A program made the position numbers and the translations under genes. 64,000 nt of DNA from Limnothrix sp. BL-A-16 (GTDB lineage Bacteria; Cyanobacteriota; Cyanobacteriia; CACIAM-69d). The DNA lies in the NCBI GenBank assembly GCA_041937175.2, contig CP166615.1:1824001-1888000 (forward strand), given 5' to 3'. This document shows positions 35,284-46,812 of this stretch, piece by piece (the first letter of the stretch is position 1; each line of letters begins with the position of its first letter). Below the pieces are notes generated by a model. The model saw only the letters and a list, made by a program, of their open reading frames with translations. It searched no databases and was not told where the DNA came from.

Positions 35284-36480
35284 CTATAGAGCAGACGGCT
35301 TGTACCCCAGCTTTTGGTAAACCGGTAGGGTGAAATGGAAACAACTCCCGCCGCCCGGCCGCTCATCAACCCAAATTTGTCCATAGTGGGCCCGAATCGC
35401 TCGCTGACAGGCGGCTAGCCCAATGCCATATCCTTCTGAGCGTTGATCCCGTTGCAGTCGGAATCGCTCCTTAAAGATGGAGCTACGTTGGCTGTCGGGA
35501 ATGCCGGGGCCGCTGTCACAAATGCTGACCTGCACATTTTGGGTGGTGCGGTGCAAAGCGGCCACATGGATTGTGCCCCCGTCCGGTGTATATTTCACGG
35601 CATTGTCCAGCAGGTTGGAAATCACTTGCCGAATCCGATCGGGGTCGGCATAAACCACCGGCAAATCCTGGGGAATATCCGTTTCCAAGGTCTGGTGCTT
35701 CAGGTGAATTCGGCTGCTGAAGGTGTCGATCACCGCGTAACAAAGAGCCTTCAGGTCAACGGCTTGAGGTTGCAAATCGGCCTCTTGCCCCTCCCCTTGG
35801 GACACTTCCAACAGGTTGGCAATCAAGCGATCGATCGCCCGAATTTGCGATCGCGCCTGCATCAACAGTCGCTCCCGCAGACTGTCGGTCATCTGGGCCG
35901 CCTGAATGGTGTTGGGTCGATAGCTGGCCTCCAGGGTCTCGATCGCCATCGAAGCCGCCGCCAAAGGGTTTCGCAAATCGTGGGCCACAATCTCGATCGC
36001 CCGATCCTTAAACCGCAACAGTTCCCTTAATTCCGCCTTTTCCCGCCCTAACCGAAATACCTCATCGGACAGACGAATCACCTCCGCCGCCGTTGCCAAC
36101 GACGAGGGCGAACCATCCGCCGGCATCATTTCCATCGGCTGGTTGTTCTCTGGCGAGTCCAAGCTGTCGTGAATTGCCTCCTGCCACCGCTCCCACCAAG
36201 CGTCCAATTGCTGGGCCAAGTCCATCCCCGTCAGGGTTTGGCGAGGGTGGGGATGCACCTTCACCAGCGCGGGCGTGGCAATCAGCCGGAAATGTTCAGC
36301 CACGTAGGGCTGCTCGGCCACGTCCACAATGTCGAAGGCAAAGGGGTAACGGGCTTTTAAGGCCTGTAATCGACCCTGAATTAGGCTTGCTTGCTCCCAG
36401 GAACTGGAGCGGTGATCCACAAACAGAAGCAGTTGCAAGGGCGCGCGTGAGGCAGGGAAAGGATCGGGCGAAACCGACAT
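35284..36480 (-). CDS. sasA: Circadian output histidine kinase SasA
   Basis: KaiB-like N-domain (LLLFVD..DVAEQPYVAEHFRLIATPALVKVHP); AHDLRNPL; NLLDNAVKYT; GYGIGL. Confidence 0.93.
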   Translation of the reverse strand: MSVSPDPFPASRAPLQLLLFVDHRSSSWEQASLIQGRLQALKARYPFAFDIVDVAEQPYVAEHFRLIATPALVKVHPHPRQTLTGMDLAQQLDAWWERWQEAIHDSLDSPENNQPMEMMPADGSPSSLATAAEVIRLSDEVFRLGREKAELRELLRFKDRAIEIVAHDLRNPLAAASMAIETLEASYRPNTIQAAQMTDSLRERLLMQARSQIRAIDRLIANLLEVSQGEGQEADLQPQAVDLKALCYAVIDTFSSRIHLKHQTLETDIPQDLPVVYADPDRIRQVISNLLDNAVKYTPDGGTIHVAALHRTTQNVQVSICDSGPGIPDSQRSSIFKERFRLQRDQRSEGYGIGLAACQRAIRAHYGQIWVDERPGGGSCFHFTLPVYQKLGYKPSAL

Positions 36481-36856
36481 AAGCGATGAACCATAAGATC
36501 AATAAGTTATGGATCGAGGCGGGCCTGCACCGTGACCATCCACCCGCATTCCAACCAAAAAGGCGCAAACTCTTTACAATCAACATCCAGTAAAGAACAC
36601 CAAGCAAAATCAAGTCGCAAGCCAGTTGCAATCAAACTACACGCAAAGGCCCGTCACGGGCAGTGGGGGATGATGGAGCTGGCAGTGGTTGCCTCTGTCG
36701 ATATCAATACCGTAGAAATGCCGTCGCTGGATCAAGGGTGGGGTTGGAAATGGGGCCGCAGGCTAAAAGTCGCCAGTCGGTTGAGTTCAGGCTAAGTTGA
36801 GCTTGAATGGGTGTTGATTTCTCCAGCCTATCGCTTTTTTCAGCGGGAGCTGCCAA

Positions 36857-37495
36857 TTACGGTAAATCGGGAGGGGTGGAAGCGGCAATTCGATCGAGCG
36901 CCGAGCGGGCCGCCTTCGTCACGATCCCGGTTACAACTAGGGTGGCGATCAAACCCAAAACAAAGAGCAACCACTCGATCGGGCTTTTGGCTCGCTCTCC
37001 ATACCCCGCAAACAGACTGGCCAAGTCCCGAAAAGAGGCCCCGATATAGACATAGGCAACCGTTCCCGGCAACATCCCGATCGAAGCCAACAGGTAGTCT
37101 CGGATCGAAACCTTCGTTAGCCCCAACATATAGTTCAAGGCATTAAAGGGAAACAGCGGCGACAAGCGCATCAGCAACACAATCTTGAGGCCATCTTCTG
37201 CAATAGCGCGATCGATCGCCTGAAATTGTCGATTTCCAGCAATCCAGCGCTGTTCCACCCAATCCCGAATGCCATAGCGCCCCACCAGGAAAGCCGCCAG
37301 CGACCCCAGCGTGGCCGCCCAGAAAACAATCACCGATCCCCAGCCAACCCCAAACAGCACCCCGGCCCCTAAGGTCAACAGCGATCCGGGAACCAGCGCC
37401 ACCGTGGCAACCACATACACAACCATGAAAGCGACACCGCTCCAGGGCCCCAGATGCATAATTTCCGATAAAACCCACTCCAAGAACGCCTGCAC
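36857..37495 (-). CDS. TVP38/TMEM64 (DedA/VTT) family membrane protein
   Basis: LVPGSLLTLGAG.LFG, RLSPLFPFNALNY.LG, GMLPG. Confidence 0.92.
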   Translation of the reverse strand: MQAFLEWVLSEIMHLGPWSGVAFMVVYVVATVALVPGSLLTLGAGVLFGVGWGSVIVFWAATLGSLAAFLVGRYGIRDWVEQRWIAGNRQFQAIDRAIAEDGLKIVLLMRLSPLFPFNALNYMLGLTKVSIRDYLLASIGMLPGTVAYVYIGASFRDLASLFAGYGERAKSPIEWLLFVLGLIATLVVTGIVTKAARSALDRIAASTPPDLP

Positions 37496-37895
37496 GCTAA
37501 CCAGCCTCCCTCAGCCCCAAATTGGTGAATTTCAAGGAATCCCTCGTTTTAGCCCCTCAAGGCTCTCCGTTTATAACAATCCGCATCTATAAATCTGCTT
37601 CTGCCAACTATCAAGCCATCGAAAATTTCTGGAAAATCTTACTTGAAATTTAGCTTGATCTTTGCTCGATCGCTACTCGATAAATACTGAATCTATATTT
37701 CCTTCCCCATGGACAGTTGAATAGCCTCAATCGAGATTTTTCCCGATGAAGACTCCGACGATGGCAGTAAAATGGTTCAATATTACTATTGCCACAAAAC
37801 TGCTGAAGCAAAAGCTGCAACTAGAACGGTAACCAAATCCCACTAACCTTTAATTTGACTTTAGAGTCTTTTCAGAATCACTTCGTGAATGTCCT

Positions 37896-38174
37896 ATGGA
37901 TCGGCCGTCCCACACTCCAATTCCGCTGCCTTCACACATTCACTATGAACTACTTCTTCAGTTGCTGGAACGAGAAACCAGTGGCATTCTCAAACGAGGC
38001 ACCGAGGAACACCGGCAGCTCCAAGAATTGGTGGCCACCCTGCGCCGGGCACTCGCCGTTCAAAAACAGTTGGAAGCCAGTTGCCAAAATAAACAGCTCC
38101 CGATCGAATATCACTGGTCGTTGAATCTTCCGGCCGTTGGCCCTCTGAGCAACGCTGCCAAAGGCGAAGAATAA
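37896..38174 (+). CDS. Small conserved cyanobacterial protein (DUF5340-like)
   Basis: PLPSHIHYELLLQLLER..LRRALAVQKQLE..IEYHWSLN. Confidence 0.75.
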   Translation: MDRPSHTPIPLPSHIHYELLLQLLERETSGILKRGTEEHRQLQELVATLRRALAVQKQLEASCQNKQLPIEYHWSLNLPAVGPLSNAAKGEE

Positions 38175-39163
38175 TCCAGAATCAACCATCAATCAGGAAT
38201 GATCGATTGAGCACAATCATCAATCAATTTCACTGATCAATCATTGATCAATTTCTCATTTTGTATTGATCATCTTTAATGATTGGCGGTTTGACTATAA
38301 CTACCAAATTAGTAATCTTAAATAACTCAAGAAATTTTGATAATCTTTGAATAATCCCAAATTCAACTCATTATTGATTCTTTTACTCCATTTGAATATT
38401 TTCTTAAAAAGATCATCACAATTAATCAACAAAATAATTCAGTTACTAACTTTAGTTCATTAAGAATTTTCAAACCTCAAATTTATTTAATTAAAAAATC
38501 TCTATTTGATTCAAAAATCCAAGGCTAGTGAATTAATTTAAATTCGTTAAATTAGCCAAAATAGATCAACATGAATTAATCAAGATTAATTGATCACCGA
38601 AATCTCTGGCTTTTACTCAATTTTTCGCCAGCTCAATTGGTCTTTCATGCGGTACTCAGTCCCCAATCCTCCAAAGAAGGATGCTACAGGACACAGGCGA
38701 TCACCCGAAGTGTTTGGAATAGCTCGTTTTGTGACCAATGTCGATCGCCCATCAGCGATCGCTAATTCTTAAGGATTGACCCAAGGCAGTCCCTAAGAAT
38801 TGACCCCACTTTAGAGAGGCTTGTGCCAGTTAGCAGCAGATTGATTTTGGTTTTGTCTATATTTTTATCTGAATCCTAATTGCAAAAGATTCTCGTTTCT
38901 AACGATGCCTAAGCCTATAAAAACCCCTCCCAACTAAAGATCCAGCCCATCAAAAACTCAAGACAAATCTGCCCGATCAGCCGATCGCTTACCGTTCCAA
39001 ATTTGCAACAAACTGAAATAATTAACAGGATTATTTTTATCGAATTGTGTCAGATCCTAGAATTGCAGATCAGCGCCAATCGGCGATCTGGTAAAAGTGC
39101 CTAGAGAGCAAGCGTTTTCGAGTTTCCATCCTCATCCAACCCAGCCGCAGGAGAGAGTACCGG

Positions 39164-42100
39164 ATGTTCACCTACGTCAAGCCCGCCGTGCGCCACGTCC
39201 AACCCGAAGATCTTCGGGGGCGGTCTTTAGTCAAGGTGGTCTACGTCGTTCTGGAAGCGCAGTACCAGAGCGCCTTGACGGCAGCAGTCAAGTCGATTAA
39301 TGCCAACAATCCGAATGTGGCCGTGGAAATCAGCGGCTATTTGATTGAGGAACTGCGTAGCCCCGAAAATTACGAAGCCTTTTGTGATGATGTGGCCAGA
39401 GCCAACATCTTCATTGCTTCGCTGATCTTTATTGAAGACCTGGCCGAAAAGGTGGTGGCCGCCGTGCAGCCCCACCGCGATCGCCTTGATGCGGCGGTGG
39501 TGTTCCCCTCCATGCCCCCGGTGATGCGGCTGAACAAGCTCGGCACCTTCTCGATGGCGCAATTGGGCCAGTCCAAGAGCGTGATCGGCGAATTCATGAA
39601 GAAGCGCAAACAGCAAAACGGCAGCGGCTTTGAAGACGCAATGCTGAAGCTGTTGCGGACGCTGCCCAACGTGCTGAAATTCTTGCCCGTCGAGAAGGCC
39701 CAGGATGCCCGCAGCTTCATGCTCAGTTTCCAATATTGGCTGGGTGGCTCGCCGGAGAACCTGGAAAACTTCCTGCTGATGCTGGCCGATAAATATGTCT
39801 TCAAAACAGACAAGTCGGGCCGCGATCAGTCACGCGAAAAAATTGATTTGGACTACGCCGAGCCGGTGACCTATCCCGACATGGGAATTTGGCATCCGCT
39901 GGCTCCCAAAATGTTTGAGGATACGAACGAGTATTTGGCTTGGTATCGCAGCTCGCAGGTAGTGCCCGATGCGGTGCGGGATCCCGATGCACCCTGCGTG
40001 GGCTTGGTGTTGCAACGGACGCACTTGGTAACGGGCGACGACGCGCACTATGTGGGCATGGTGCAAGAGTTTGAAGCCCAGGGCGCGAAGGTGATCCCGG
40101 TGTTTGCAGGGGGCTTGGACTTCTCGAAGCCGGTGGATGAATATTTCTATTTGCCGAGCAAAAACGGCGGTGAACCGACCACGATCGTGGATGCGGTGGT
40201 GTCCCTGACCGGGTTTGCCCTGGTGGGCGGCCCGGCGCGGCAGGATCACCCGAAGGCGATCGAGTCCTTGAAGCGCCTGAACCGGCCCTACATGGTGGCG
40301 CTGCCGTTGGTGTTCCAAACCACCGAGGAGTGGGAAGAAAGCGAGCTGGGCTTGCACCCGATCCAAGTGGCGCTGCAAATCGCGATTCCTGAGTTGGATG
40401 GGGCGATCGAGCCGATCATCGTCTCCGGTCGTGACGGCAACACCGGTAAGGCGATCGCCCTGCAAGACCGAATCCAGGCGATCGCTGAGCGCGCCCTCAA
40501 GTGGGCCAACCTGCGCCGCAAACCGAAGCTGCACAAGAAGGTGGCGATCACCGTCTTCAGCTTCCCGCCAGACAAGGGCAATGTGGGTACGGCGGCCTAT
40601 CTGGACGTGTTCGGCTCGATCCACGAGGTGCTACAAGGGCTGAAGCGCGAAGGCTACGACGTGCAAGACGTGCCCGAATCGCCCAAGGAGCTGATGGAAG
40701 CCGTCCTGAAGGATGCCCAAGCCCAATACGCCAGCCCCGAGCTGAACGTGGCTTACCGGATGAGCGTGGCGGAATACGAAAAGCTGACCCCTTATTCCAA
40801 GAAGCTGGAAGAAAACTGGGGCAAGCCGCCGGGCAACCTGAACAGCGATGGCCAAAACCTGCTGGTGTTCGGGAAGCATTTCGGCAATGTGTTCATCGGC
40901 GTGCAGCCCACCTTCGGTTACGAGGGCGACCCGATGTTGCTGCTGTTCTCGCGATCGGCTAGCCCCCACCACGGTTTCGCCGCCTACTACACCTATCTGG
41001 AAAAGGTCTGGGGCGCGGATGCAGTGCTGCACTTCGGGACGCACGGATCGCTGGAGTTCATGCCCGGTAAGCAAATCGGCATGTCCAACGACTGCTATCC
41101 CGACAGCCTGATCGGCTCGATCCCCAACCTCTACTACTACGCCGCCAACAACCCCAGCGAAGCGACGATCGCCAAGCGCCGGGGCTATGCGGAAACCATT
41201 TCCTACCTGACCCCGCCCGCCGAAAATGCCGGTCTCTATAAGGGTCTGAAGGAACTGAGCGATCTGATTGGTTCCTACCAAACCCTGAAGGATACGGGTC
41301 GCGGCCCCTCGATCGTCGATGCGATCATTGAGCAAGCCCGCGCTGTCAACCTGGATAAGGATGTGGAGCTGCCGGAAACGGCCGGTAAGGATCTCAGTTC
41401 CGAGCAACGGGATACGGTGGTGGGTTCCGTTTACCGCAAGCTGATGGAAATCGAGTCGCGCTTGCTGCCCTGCGGTTTGCATGTCATTGGCAAGCCACCG
41501 ACAGCCGAAGAAGCGGTGGCGACCCTAGTGAACATCGCCGCCCTCGATCGCCCCGAAGATGGGATCATCGCCCTGCCCCGGATCATCGCCAACAGCATCT
41601 ATCGCGACATCGAAGAAATCTATCGCAACAGCGATAAGGGTGTGCTGGCCGATGTGGAGCTGTTGCAGCAAATCACCCTGGCCACCCGCACAGCGGTGAA
41701 GGCGATGGTTGATGCCCAAATCGACACCGATGGTCGCCTCTCGAAACTGGCGAAGTTCAACTTCTTCGGCTTCGGAACCCAGAAACAACCTTGGGTTGAT
41801 GCCCTGAGCGAGGCTGGGTTTAACAATGTCGATCGCGACTCCCTGAAACCCCTGTTCGAGTACCTGGAATTCTGCCTGCAGCAAATCGTAGCCGACAACG
41901 AAATGGCCTCCCTGCTGCGGGCCCTCGAAGGCGAATATATCCTGCCCGGCCCCGGTGGCGACCCGGTGCGAAACCCGGATGTGCTGCCCACCGGAAAGAA
42001 CATGCACGCCCTTGATCCCCAGTCGATTCCGACCACGGCGGCGGTGCAGTCGGCCAAGGTGGTGGTCGATCGGCTACTCGATCGGCAACGGGCCGAAAAC

Positions 42101-43180
42101 GACGGCGCATACCCCGAGACGATCGCCTGCGTCCTCTGGGGAACTGACAACATCAAGACCTACGGCGAATCCCTGGCGCAGATCCTCTGGCTGGTGGGCG
42201 TGAAACCCGTGCCCGATGCCCTGGGTCGTGTCAACAAGCTGGAACTCGTCTCCCTTGAGGAACTGGGTCGCCCCCGGATCGACACGGTGATCACCTGCTC
42301 CGGCGTGTTCCGGGATCTGTTCGTGAACCAAATGGCCCTGCTCGATCGGGCCGTCAAGATGGCCGCCGAAGCCGACGAGCCGTTGGAAATGAACTTTGTC
42401 CGTAAGCACGCCATGGCCCAAGCGGAAGAGCTAGGCATCAACCTGCGCCAAGCCGCTACCCGCGTGTTCACCAACTCCTCCGGCTCCTACTCCACCAACG
42501 TTGGTCTAGCGGTGGAAAACGGCACCTGGGAACAGGAAAAAGACCTGCAAGACATGTACCTGTCGCGCAAGTCCTTCGCCTTCTCCGCCGATAACCCCGG
42601 CGAAATGGAGCAGTCCCGCGAGCTGCTGGAGCGCGCCCTCAAGACCGTGGACGTGACCTTCCAAAACCTGGATTCGTCGGAAATCTCCATGACCGACGTG
42701 TCGCACTACTACGACTCCGACCCGACCAAGGTGGTGGCCAGCCTGCGTGGTGACGGCAAAAAGCCCGCCGCCTACATGGCCGACACCAGCACCGCCAATG
42801 CCCAAGTGCGTACCCTGTCGGAAACCGTCCGCCTGGATGCCCGCACCAAGATGTTGAATCCCAAGTGGTACGAAGGGATGCTCTCCCACGGCTACGAAGG
42901 GGTGCGCGAGCTGGCCAAGCGCCTGAACAACACCCTGGGCTGGAGTGCCACGGCGGATGCGGTGGACAACTGGGTTTACGAAGACACAAACGACACCTTC
43001 ATCGCCGATCCCGAAATGTGCAAGCGGCTGATGGATCTGAATCCTCACTCCTTCCGCCGAATGCTGGGCACGCTGCTGGAAGCCAACGGCCGCGGCTACT
43101 GGGATACGAGCGATGAAAACCTCGATCGCCTGCGGGATCTCTACCAAGAAGTGGAAGACCGCATCGAAGGCATCGAGTAA
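39164..43180 (+). CDS. chlH: Magnesium chelatase subunit H
   Basis: MFTYVKP start, [46 protein letters not shown] end; AGGAG RBS. Confidence 0.98.
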   Translation: MFTYVKPAVRHVQPEDLRGRSLVKVVYVVLEAQYQSALTAAVKSINANNPNVAVEISGYLIEELRSPENYEAFCDDVARANIFIASLIFIEDLAEKVVAAVQPHRDRLDAAVVFPSMPPVMRLNKLGTFSMAQLGQSKSVIGEFMKKRKQQNGSGFEDAMLKLLRTLPNVLKFLPVEKAQDARSFMLSFQYWLGGSPENLENFLLMLADKYVFKTDKSGRDQSREKIDLDYAEPVTYPDMGIWHPLAPKMFEDTNEYLAWYRSSQVVPDAVRDPDAPCVGLVLQRTHLVTGDDAHYVGMVQEFEAQGAKVIPVFAGGLDFSKPVDEYFYLPSKNGGEPTTIVDAVVSLTGFALVGGPARQDHPKAIESLKRLNRPYMVALPLVFQTTEEWEESELGLHPIQVALQIAIPELDGAIEPIIVSGRDGNTGKAIALQDRIQAIAERALKWANLRRKPKLHKKVAITVFSFPPDKGNVGTAAYLDVFGSIHEVLQGLKREGYDVQDVPESPKELMEAVLKDAQAQYASPELNVAYRMSVAEYEKLTPYSKKLEENWGKPPGNLNSDGQNLLVFGKHFGNVFIGVQPTFGYEGDPMLLLFSRSASPHHGFAAYYTYLEKVWGADAVLHFGTHGSLEFMPGKQIGMSNDCYPDSLIGSIPNLYYYAANNPSEATIAKRRGYAETISYLTPPAENAGLYKGLKELSDLIGSYQTLKDTGRGPSIVDAIIEQARAVNLDKDVELPETAGKDLSSEQRDTVVGSVYRKLMEIESRLLPCGLHVIGKPPTAEEAVATLVNIAALDRPEDGIIALPRIIANSIYRDIEEIYRNSDKGVLADVELLQQITLATRTAVKAMVDAQIDTDGRLSKLAKFNFFGFGTQKQPWVDALSEAGFNNVDRDSLKPLFEYLEFCLQQIVADNEMASLLRALEGEYILPGPGGDPVRNPDVLPTGKNMHALDPQSIPTTAAVQSAKVVVDRLLDRQRAENDGAYPETIACVLWGTDNIKTYGESLAQILWLVGVKPVPDALGRVNKLELVSLEELGRPRIDTVITCSGVFRDLFVNQMALLDRAVKMAAEADEPLEMNFVRKHAMAQAEELGINLRQAATRVFTNSSGSYSTNVGLAVENGTWEQEKDLQDMYLSRKSFAFSADNPGEMEQSRELLERALKTVDVTFQNLDSSEISMTDVSHYYDSDPTKVVASLRGDGKKPAAYMADTSTANAQVRTLSETVRLDARTKMLNPKWYEGMLSHGYEGVRELAKRLNNTLGWSATADAVDNWVYEDTNDTFIADPEMCKRLMDLNPHSFRRMLGTLLEANGRGYWDTSDENLDRLRDLYQEVEDRIEGIE

Positions 43181-43223
43181 GCGCCGTAGACTCTATTGTG
43201 AGTTTCGGCTAGACTAAACTTCG

Positions 43224-43254
43224 GGGGTAGACAGGCTGCTGTCTACCCTTTGTT
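43224..43254 (+). terminator. Putative intrinsic terminator after chlH
   Basis: GGGGTAGACAG-GCTG-CTGTCTACCCT followed by TTGTT. Confidence 0.65.
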
Positions 43255-43269
43255 GTATGCGATAAGCTG

Positions 43270-43713
43270 ATGATTGAAGACTATGCCAGCGCCTTTCTGG
43301 AACGCGCTCAAGACCAGGCTGTGCTCGCCCAAGCCGATCGCCGAATTGCGGCTATGCATATGGGCGGTATCATGATTGAATGCCGCCTCAAAGCAGCGAT
43401 TCTCGGGCACTTCTCTGAAGATCGAAGAGATTGGGAACGGTCTAAAAATCCCAATGCTCAACATTGTGGCATTCGCAATCCGGGACATGACTTACATCAG
43501 GCACTGAATGAACTGGACAAGCTTGGAGTTGTAAAAGCATCTGATGATATTCAAGGTGCTTTAGATACTATTCAGAATCCTTTACCTGAATACTCATTTA
43601 TTAATCTTCGTTACTACGGTGGTTCCTTAGAAGCATCAGATTATGAAGACTGGGAAACCAAATATCAGGTTTTCAAAACTTGGTTGGATCAGCAATTGTT
43701 GTCATCTTCCTAA
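43270..43713 (+). CDS. HEPN-domain-like protein (putative toxin/nuclease)
   Basis: All-helical 147 aa with A.HMGG..IECRLKA, GHDL and NLRY motifs typical of the HEPN fold. Confidence 0.7.
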   Translation: MIEDYASAFLERAQDQAVLAQADRRIAAMHMGGIMIECRLKAAILGHFSEDRRDWERSKNPNAQHCGIRNPGHDLHQALNELDKLGVVKASDDIQGALDTIQNPLPEYSFINLRYYGGSLEASDYEDWETKYQVFKTWLDQQLLSSS

Positions 43714-43734
43714 TTCATCATCTTAATAATTCGT

Positions 43735-46410
43735 ATGAACCAACAACCATTTAGTCCCTGGGATATTCAAAATATTTACCAACGTCTGAGAAATCGCTTT
43801 GTTGTCAGCTCATCAAAGGACTGGGTTCATCTATATCGATCGTCCTCTGGACTACTGAACATTACAGTTGTCAGTGATCAATTTCGCGGCATTAGTTATA
43901 GTGACCGACGCATTCAGGTCAATGAAATTGTTCAAAGTTCGACAGGTTCTCTCTCTCTCTACACGCAGGATGAAGCCAAAATTCTGGAAATAGAGAAGCC
44001 TGCTAGCGATCGCGTTCAATCAGTCAGAACTTGGCATGACTTAGCAATTTGGGCGCAAAATCCCCAGAACCACGGCGAGGTGCAAGAACGATCGCCCCGA
44101 TCGCCCCGTACTGTTGCTTTCTATTCCTTCAAAGGGGGTGTTGGCCGCACTACAGCCCTGATTCACGTGGCTTGGCTGTTAGTCAAACAAGGTAAAAAAG
44201 TTGTCGTAGTTGATCTAGATATTGAAGCACCAGGACTCAGCAAAGCTTTGGATCTGGATGACTTACCAGAAGTCGGCATTGTTGATTATTTCTATGAACG
44301 AGCTTATGCACCTGATGGAGCAGATTATGAAATCCAAATCGGCGATATCTTAGCAGAATACCGAGATCAGCAATTAGGCGATACCCGTGGTGGACGTTTC
44401 TTTGTTGTGCCCACAGGAAAACTCAATCTTGATTATTTAGCGAAAGTTGACGACTTAAAGGCTAATGCTTGGGTCAATGGCGATGAGTCTCTGTGGGATG
44501 TTTTTCTTCGAGATATCAAAAAACAGATTGATCCAGATTTGATTTTAGTAGATTCTCGAACTGGCTTGAATCAATGGGGCGCTTTTTCTCTGGTTCAAGC
44601 AGCAGATTCTGCCATTTTGGTGTTATTCCCTAATGCTCAAAATGCAGAGGGAGCAAAAATCTTAGTCCAATCTCTCGGCTCACTGGGCAAGCAGAACATT
44701 AATTTTGTCTTTTCACCAATTCCTAATTCAGACTCAAAAGCAATAGCCCAATCAATTCAGCTAGATCTGAATGGAATTATTAATCAATTTATTCCACCAG
44801 CCAGTAGCGATGAGCCAGATGATGAAGATCTAGCTAGCAGTGATGACTTGATTTGTATTGAATATCTCCTGCCGATCGCAGTCGCTCCTCACTATCCTGT
44901 TCATTCTGTCTTGGATTGGTATCAGCCGATCGCCAATTTAATCCTAAAAGACTCAAATTCTAGTGCATCTGTGTCAACTCAATTGCAACATGATCGCTGG
45001 AAAATCATTGAAGATCTCCGGTTTTCGGATGTTGATGCTGCCCAGGAACAGGCCAACCTCAGTCACATTTTTCAAAAGACATCCAGTTTCTATGATTTCC
45101 TAGATGATAAAGTCTGTTTAGTGACTGGTCGAAAAGGAACTGGCAAAACAGCTCTCTACTTTCTGTTTTTGAAACATTTTTCTGTTGCTCAAAAACTCAC
45201 TGATCGCCTGAATAATATTACCGTTCTCTCAGGGCATGGTATGTTATCTTCTGGTCGTCTGACTCAGAATGAATTTGATTTTATCCGTGGTGACTTAAGT
45301 ATATCTCAGGCAAGTTGGTTGGGGTTTTGGGCTGCCTATGCACTCTTCAGAATTATGTCTGATCATAACCAGACCTTGACTAGTCTTAGAAAAGATAAAT
45401 ACAAAGCTCTAAAAGATGGCTTCAGTACCGTAAAGAATCTCCAATTTGGCTCGGAGCATCAAGCGCTATTGCTTCAATGGTCTGAAAGCCGCGAGCTAAG
45501 ACCATTAATTTTTGATGCCTTAAAAGACATTAATAACTATCTCAAGAAGCAAGTCCAAAAAATTTGGCTGCTTTATGACAATCTAGATCAAGACTTGGCA
45601 GAAGCCAATAACTTGCGCAGTGATGCATTGATCGGACTCTTTAAATTAGTCCAAGAGTTTGATGCCAAAGAATTAACCAATCTTCGGATTAAAATTTTTC
45701 TCCGTGAAGATATTTGGGAAAGATTAATTTTTGACAATAGAAGTCATCTTCGCGGTCGATCCATAAAACTAGAGTGGAAGCGAGTTGACCTACTGCGCTT
45801 TGCTTATCGTCAGGTTATTCAATCAGAGAAGTTTAAAGCTCTGGTCAGTCAAGTTGTTCCCATCCCGGATCCTGATGCGGCAACAGAAGAGACGTTGGTT
45901 GAAGCCTTGAAGATCTTGTGGGGCGATCGCATTCGGTTGGGATCGCGTGGGAAATATCTCTACCGCTGGATTTACGATCGCCTGAGTGATACCAGTGGTG
46001 CAACTTATCCCCGTAGTTTGGTAGTGCTATTAGCTAGAGCGCGTGAACTGGAACTAGATAGTAAAGATGATCCCAAGTCCAAGCCACCAGTTGATCGCCT
46101 CTTTCGGAGCGGTTTTATGGCGCGTGCACTCGAAGAAGCCTCACGAGCGCGGTGTAACGAAATGCGCGAAGAATATGGCAATCTCTCAGCTTTTTTTAAT
46201 TCTTTATCGGGAAAAGACCCATTAATGAAAATCGAAGACCTACAGCAATGCTGGGAAAATTCTGCCCGAGAGATTGAGCCGAATTTTGAGCAGTTTGTGC
46301 AGCTTTTGAAGTCGATCGGGCTGGCGGAGTGGCGACCCAAAGATGAACGATATCGCTTTGCTGATCTTTATGTTTATGGGTTCAATATGAACAAAAAAGG
46401 GATGCGATAA
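43735..46410 (+). CDS. Multidomain NTPase: BolA/MNT-like N-domain + ParA/MinD-like (KGGVGR) ATPase + second P-loop NTPase with C-terminal winged helix
   Basis: ITVVSDQFRG..R..V..LYTQDE; FYSFKGGVGRTT, VDLDIEAPGL, LVDSRTG; GRKGTGKT, LLYDNLD, IKIFLREDIW, YPRSL. Confidence 0.85.
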   Translation: MNQQPFSPWDIQNIYQRLRNRFVVSSSKDWVHLYRSSSGLLNITVVSDQFRGISYSDRRIQVNEIVQSSTGSLSLYTQDEAKILEIEKPASDRVQSVRTWHDLAIWAQNPQNHGEVQERSPRSPRTVAFYSFKGGVGRTTALIHVAWLLVKQGKKVVVVDLDIEAPGLSKALDLDDLPEVGIVDYFYERAYAPDGADYEIQIGDILAEYRDQQLGDTRGGRFFVVPTGKLNLDYLAKVDDLKANAWVNGDESLWDVFLRDIKKQIDPDLILVDSRTGLNQWGAFSLVQAADSAILVLFPNAQNAEGAKILVQSLGSLGKQNINFVFSPIPNSDSKAIAQSIQLDLNGIINQFIPPASSDEPDDEDLASSDDLICIEYLLPIAVAPHYPVHSVLDWYQPIANLILKDSNSSASVSTQLQHDRWKIIEDLRFSDVDAAQEQANLSHIFQKTSSFYDFLDDKVCLVTGRKGTGKTALYFLFLKHFSVAQKLTDRLNNITVLSGHGMLSSGRLTQNEFDFIRGDLSISQASWLGFWAAYALFRIMSDHNQTLTSLRKDKYKALKDGFSTVKNLQFGSEHQALLLQWSESRELRPLIFDALKDINNYLKKQVQKIWLLYDNLDQDLAEANNLRSDALIGLFKLVQEFDAKELTNLRIKIFLREDIWERLIFDNRSHLRGRSIKLEWKRVDLLRFAYRQVIQSEKFKALVSQVVPIPDPDAATEETLVEALKILWGDRIRLGSRGKYLYRWIYDRLSDTSGATYPRSLVVLLARARELELDSKDDPKSKPPVDRLFRSGFMARALEEASRARCNEMREEYGNLSAFFNSLSGKDPLMKIEDLQQCWENSAREIEPNFEQFVQLLKSIGLAEWRPKDERYRFADLYVYGFNMNKKGMR

Positions 46411-46613
46411 AGCATTTTTGTTGATGTAGCTGGTTACAGGCTAGTCGAGATGGCATGGAGCAAGGTCCAGGAAGTGCGTTGAAGAAACTACAAGCCGATC
46501 GCCCTGTTTAAGAATATCGATCTGATTATTAATCAATGATGAACAAATAGAAGTCTCTCTATACAGGCAGTTGTCTTAGTAATTATCACCTCGCAGGCAT
46601 CGTTTAATTGTAG

Positions 46614-46652
46614 TTGATGTGGAAGTAATGCATCGCATCGCTTCCACATCAA
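46614..46652. terminator. Hairpin between the convergent NTPase and cynS genes (putative bidirectional terminator)
   Basis: TTGATGTGGAAG ... CTTCCACATCAA, perfect 12-bp stem. Confidence 0.55.
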
Positions 46653-46812
46653 AAGTTTGTGCCTATCAAAACCAATGGGTCAACAAGTGGGCACTGTTAG
46701 AAATGACTTGCCAAAGTCCGATGAAAGCTAAGATTTTGGTGATGTAGGCCAGCCAATCAGTTTTGGCGGTTGGTCTAGCAGCAGCGTGACGCTGTTTCAT
46801 GGTTGATGCTCC

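Noticed and set aside
29933..43180. GUN4-domain gene as the canonical ChlH activator clustered with chlH
   Set aside because: 8 kb apart on the opposite strand, and it has zinc ribbons instead of the canonical helical N-domain
43735..44900. ParA domain as a plasmid/chromosome partition system
   Set aside because: No parB or parS seen, deviant KGGVGR motif, and fusion to a second NTPase
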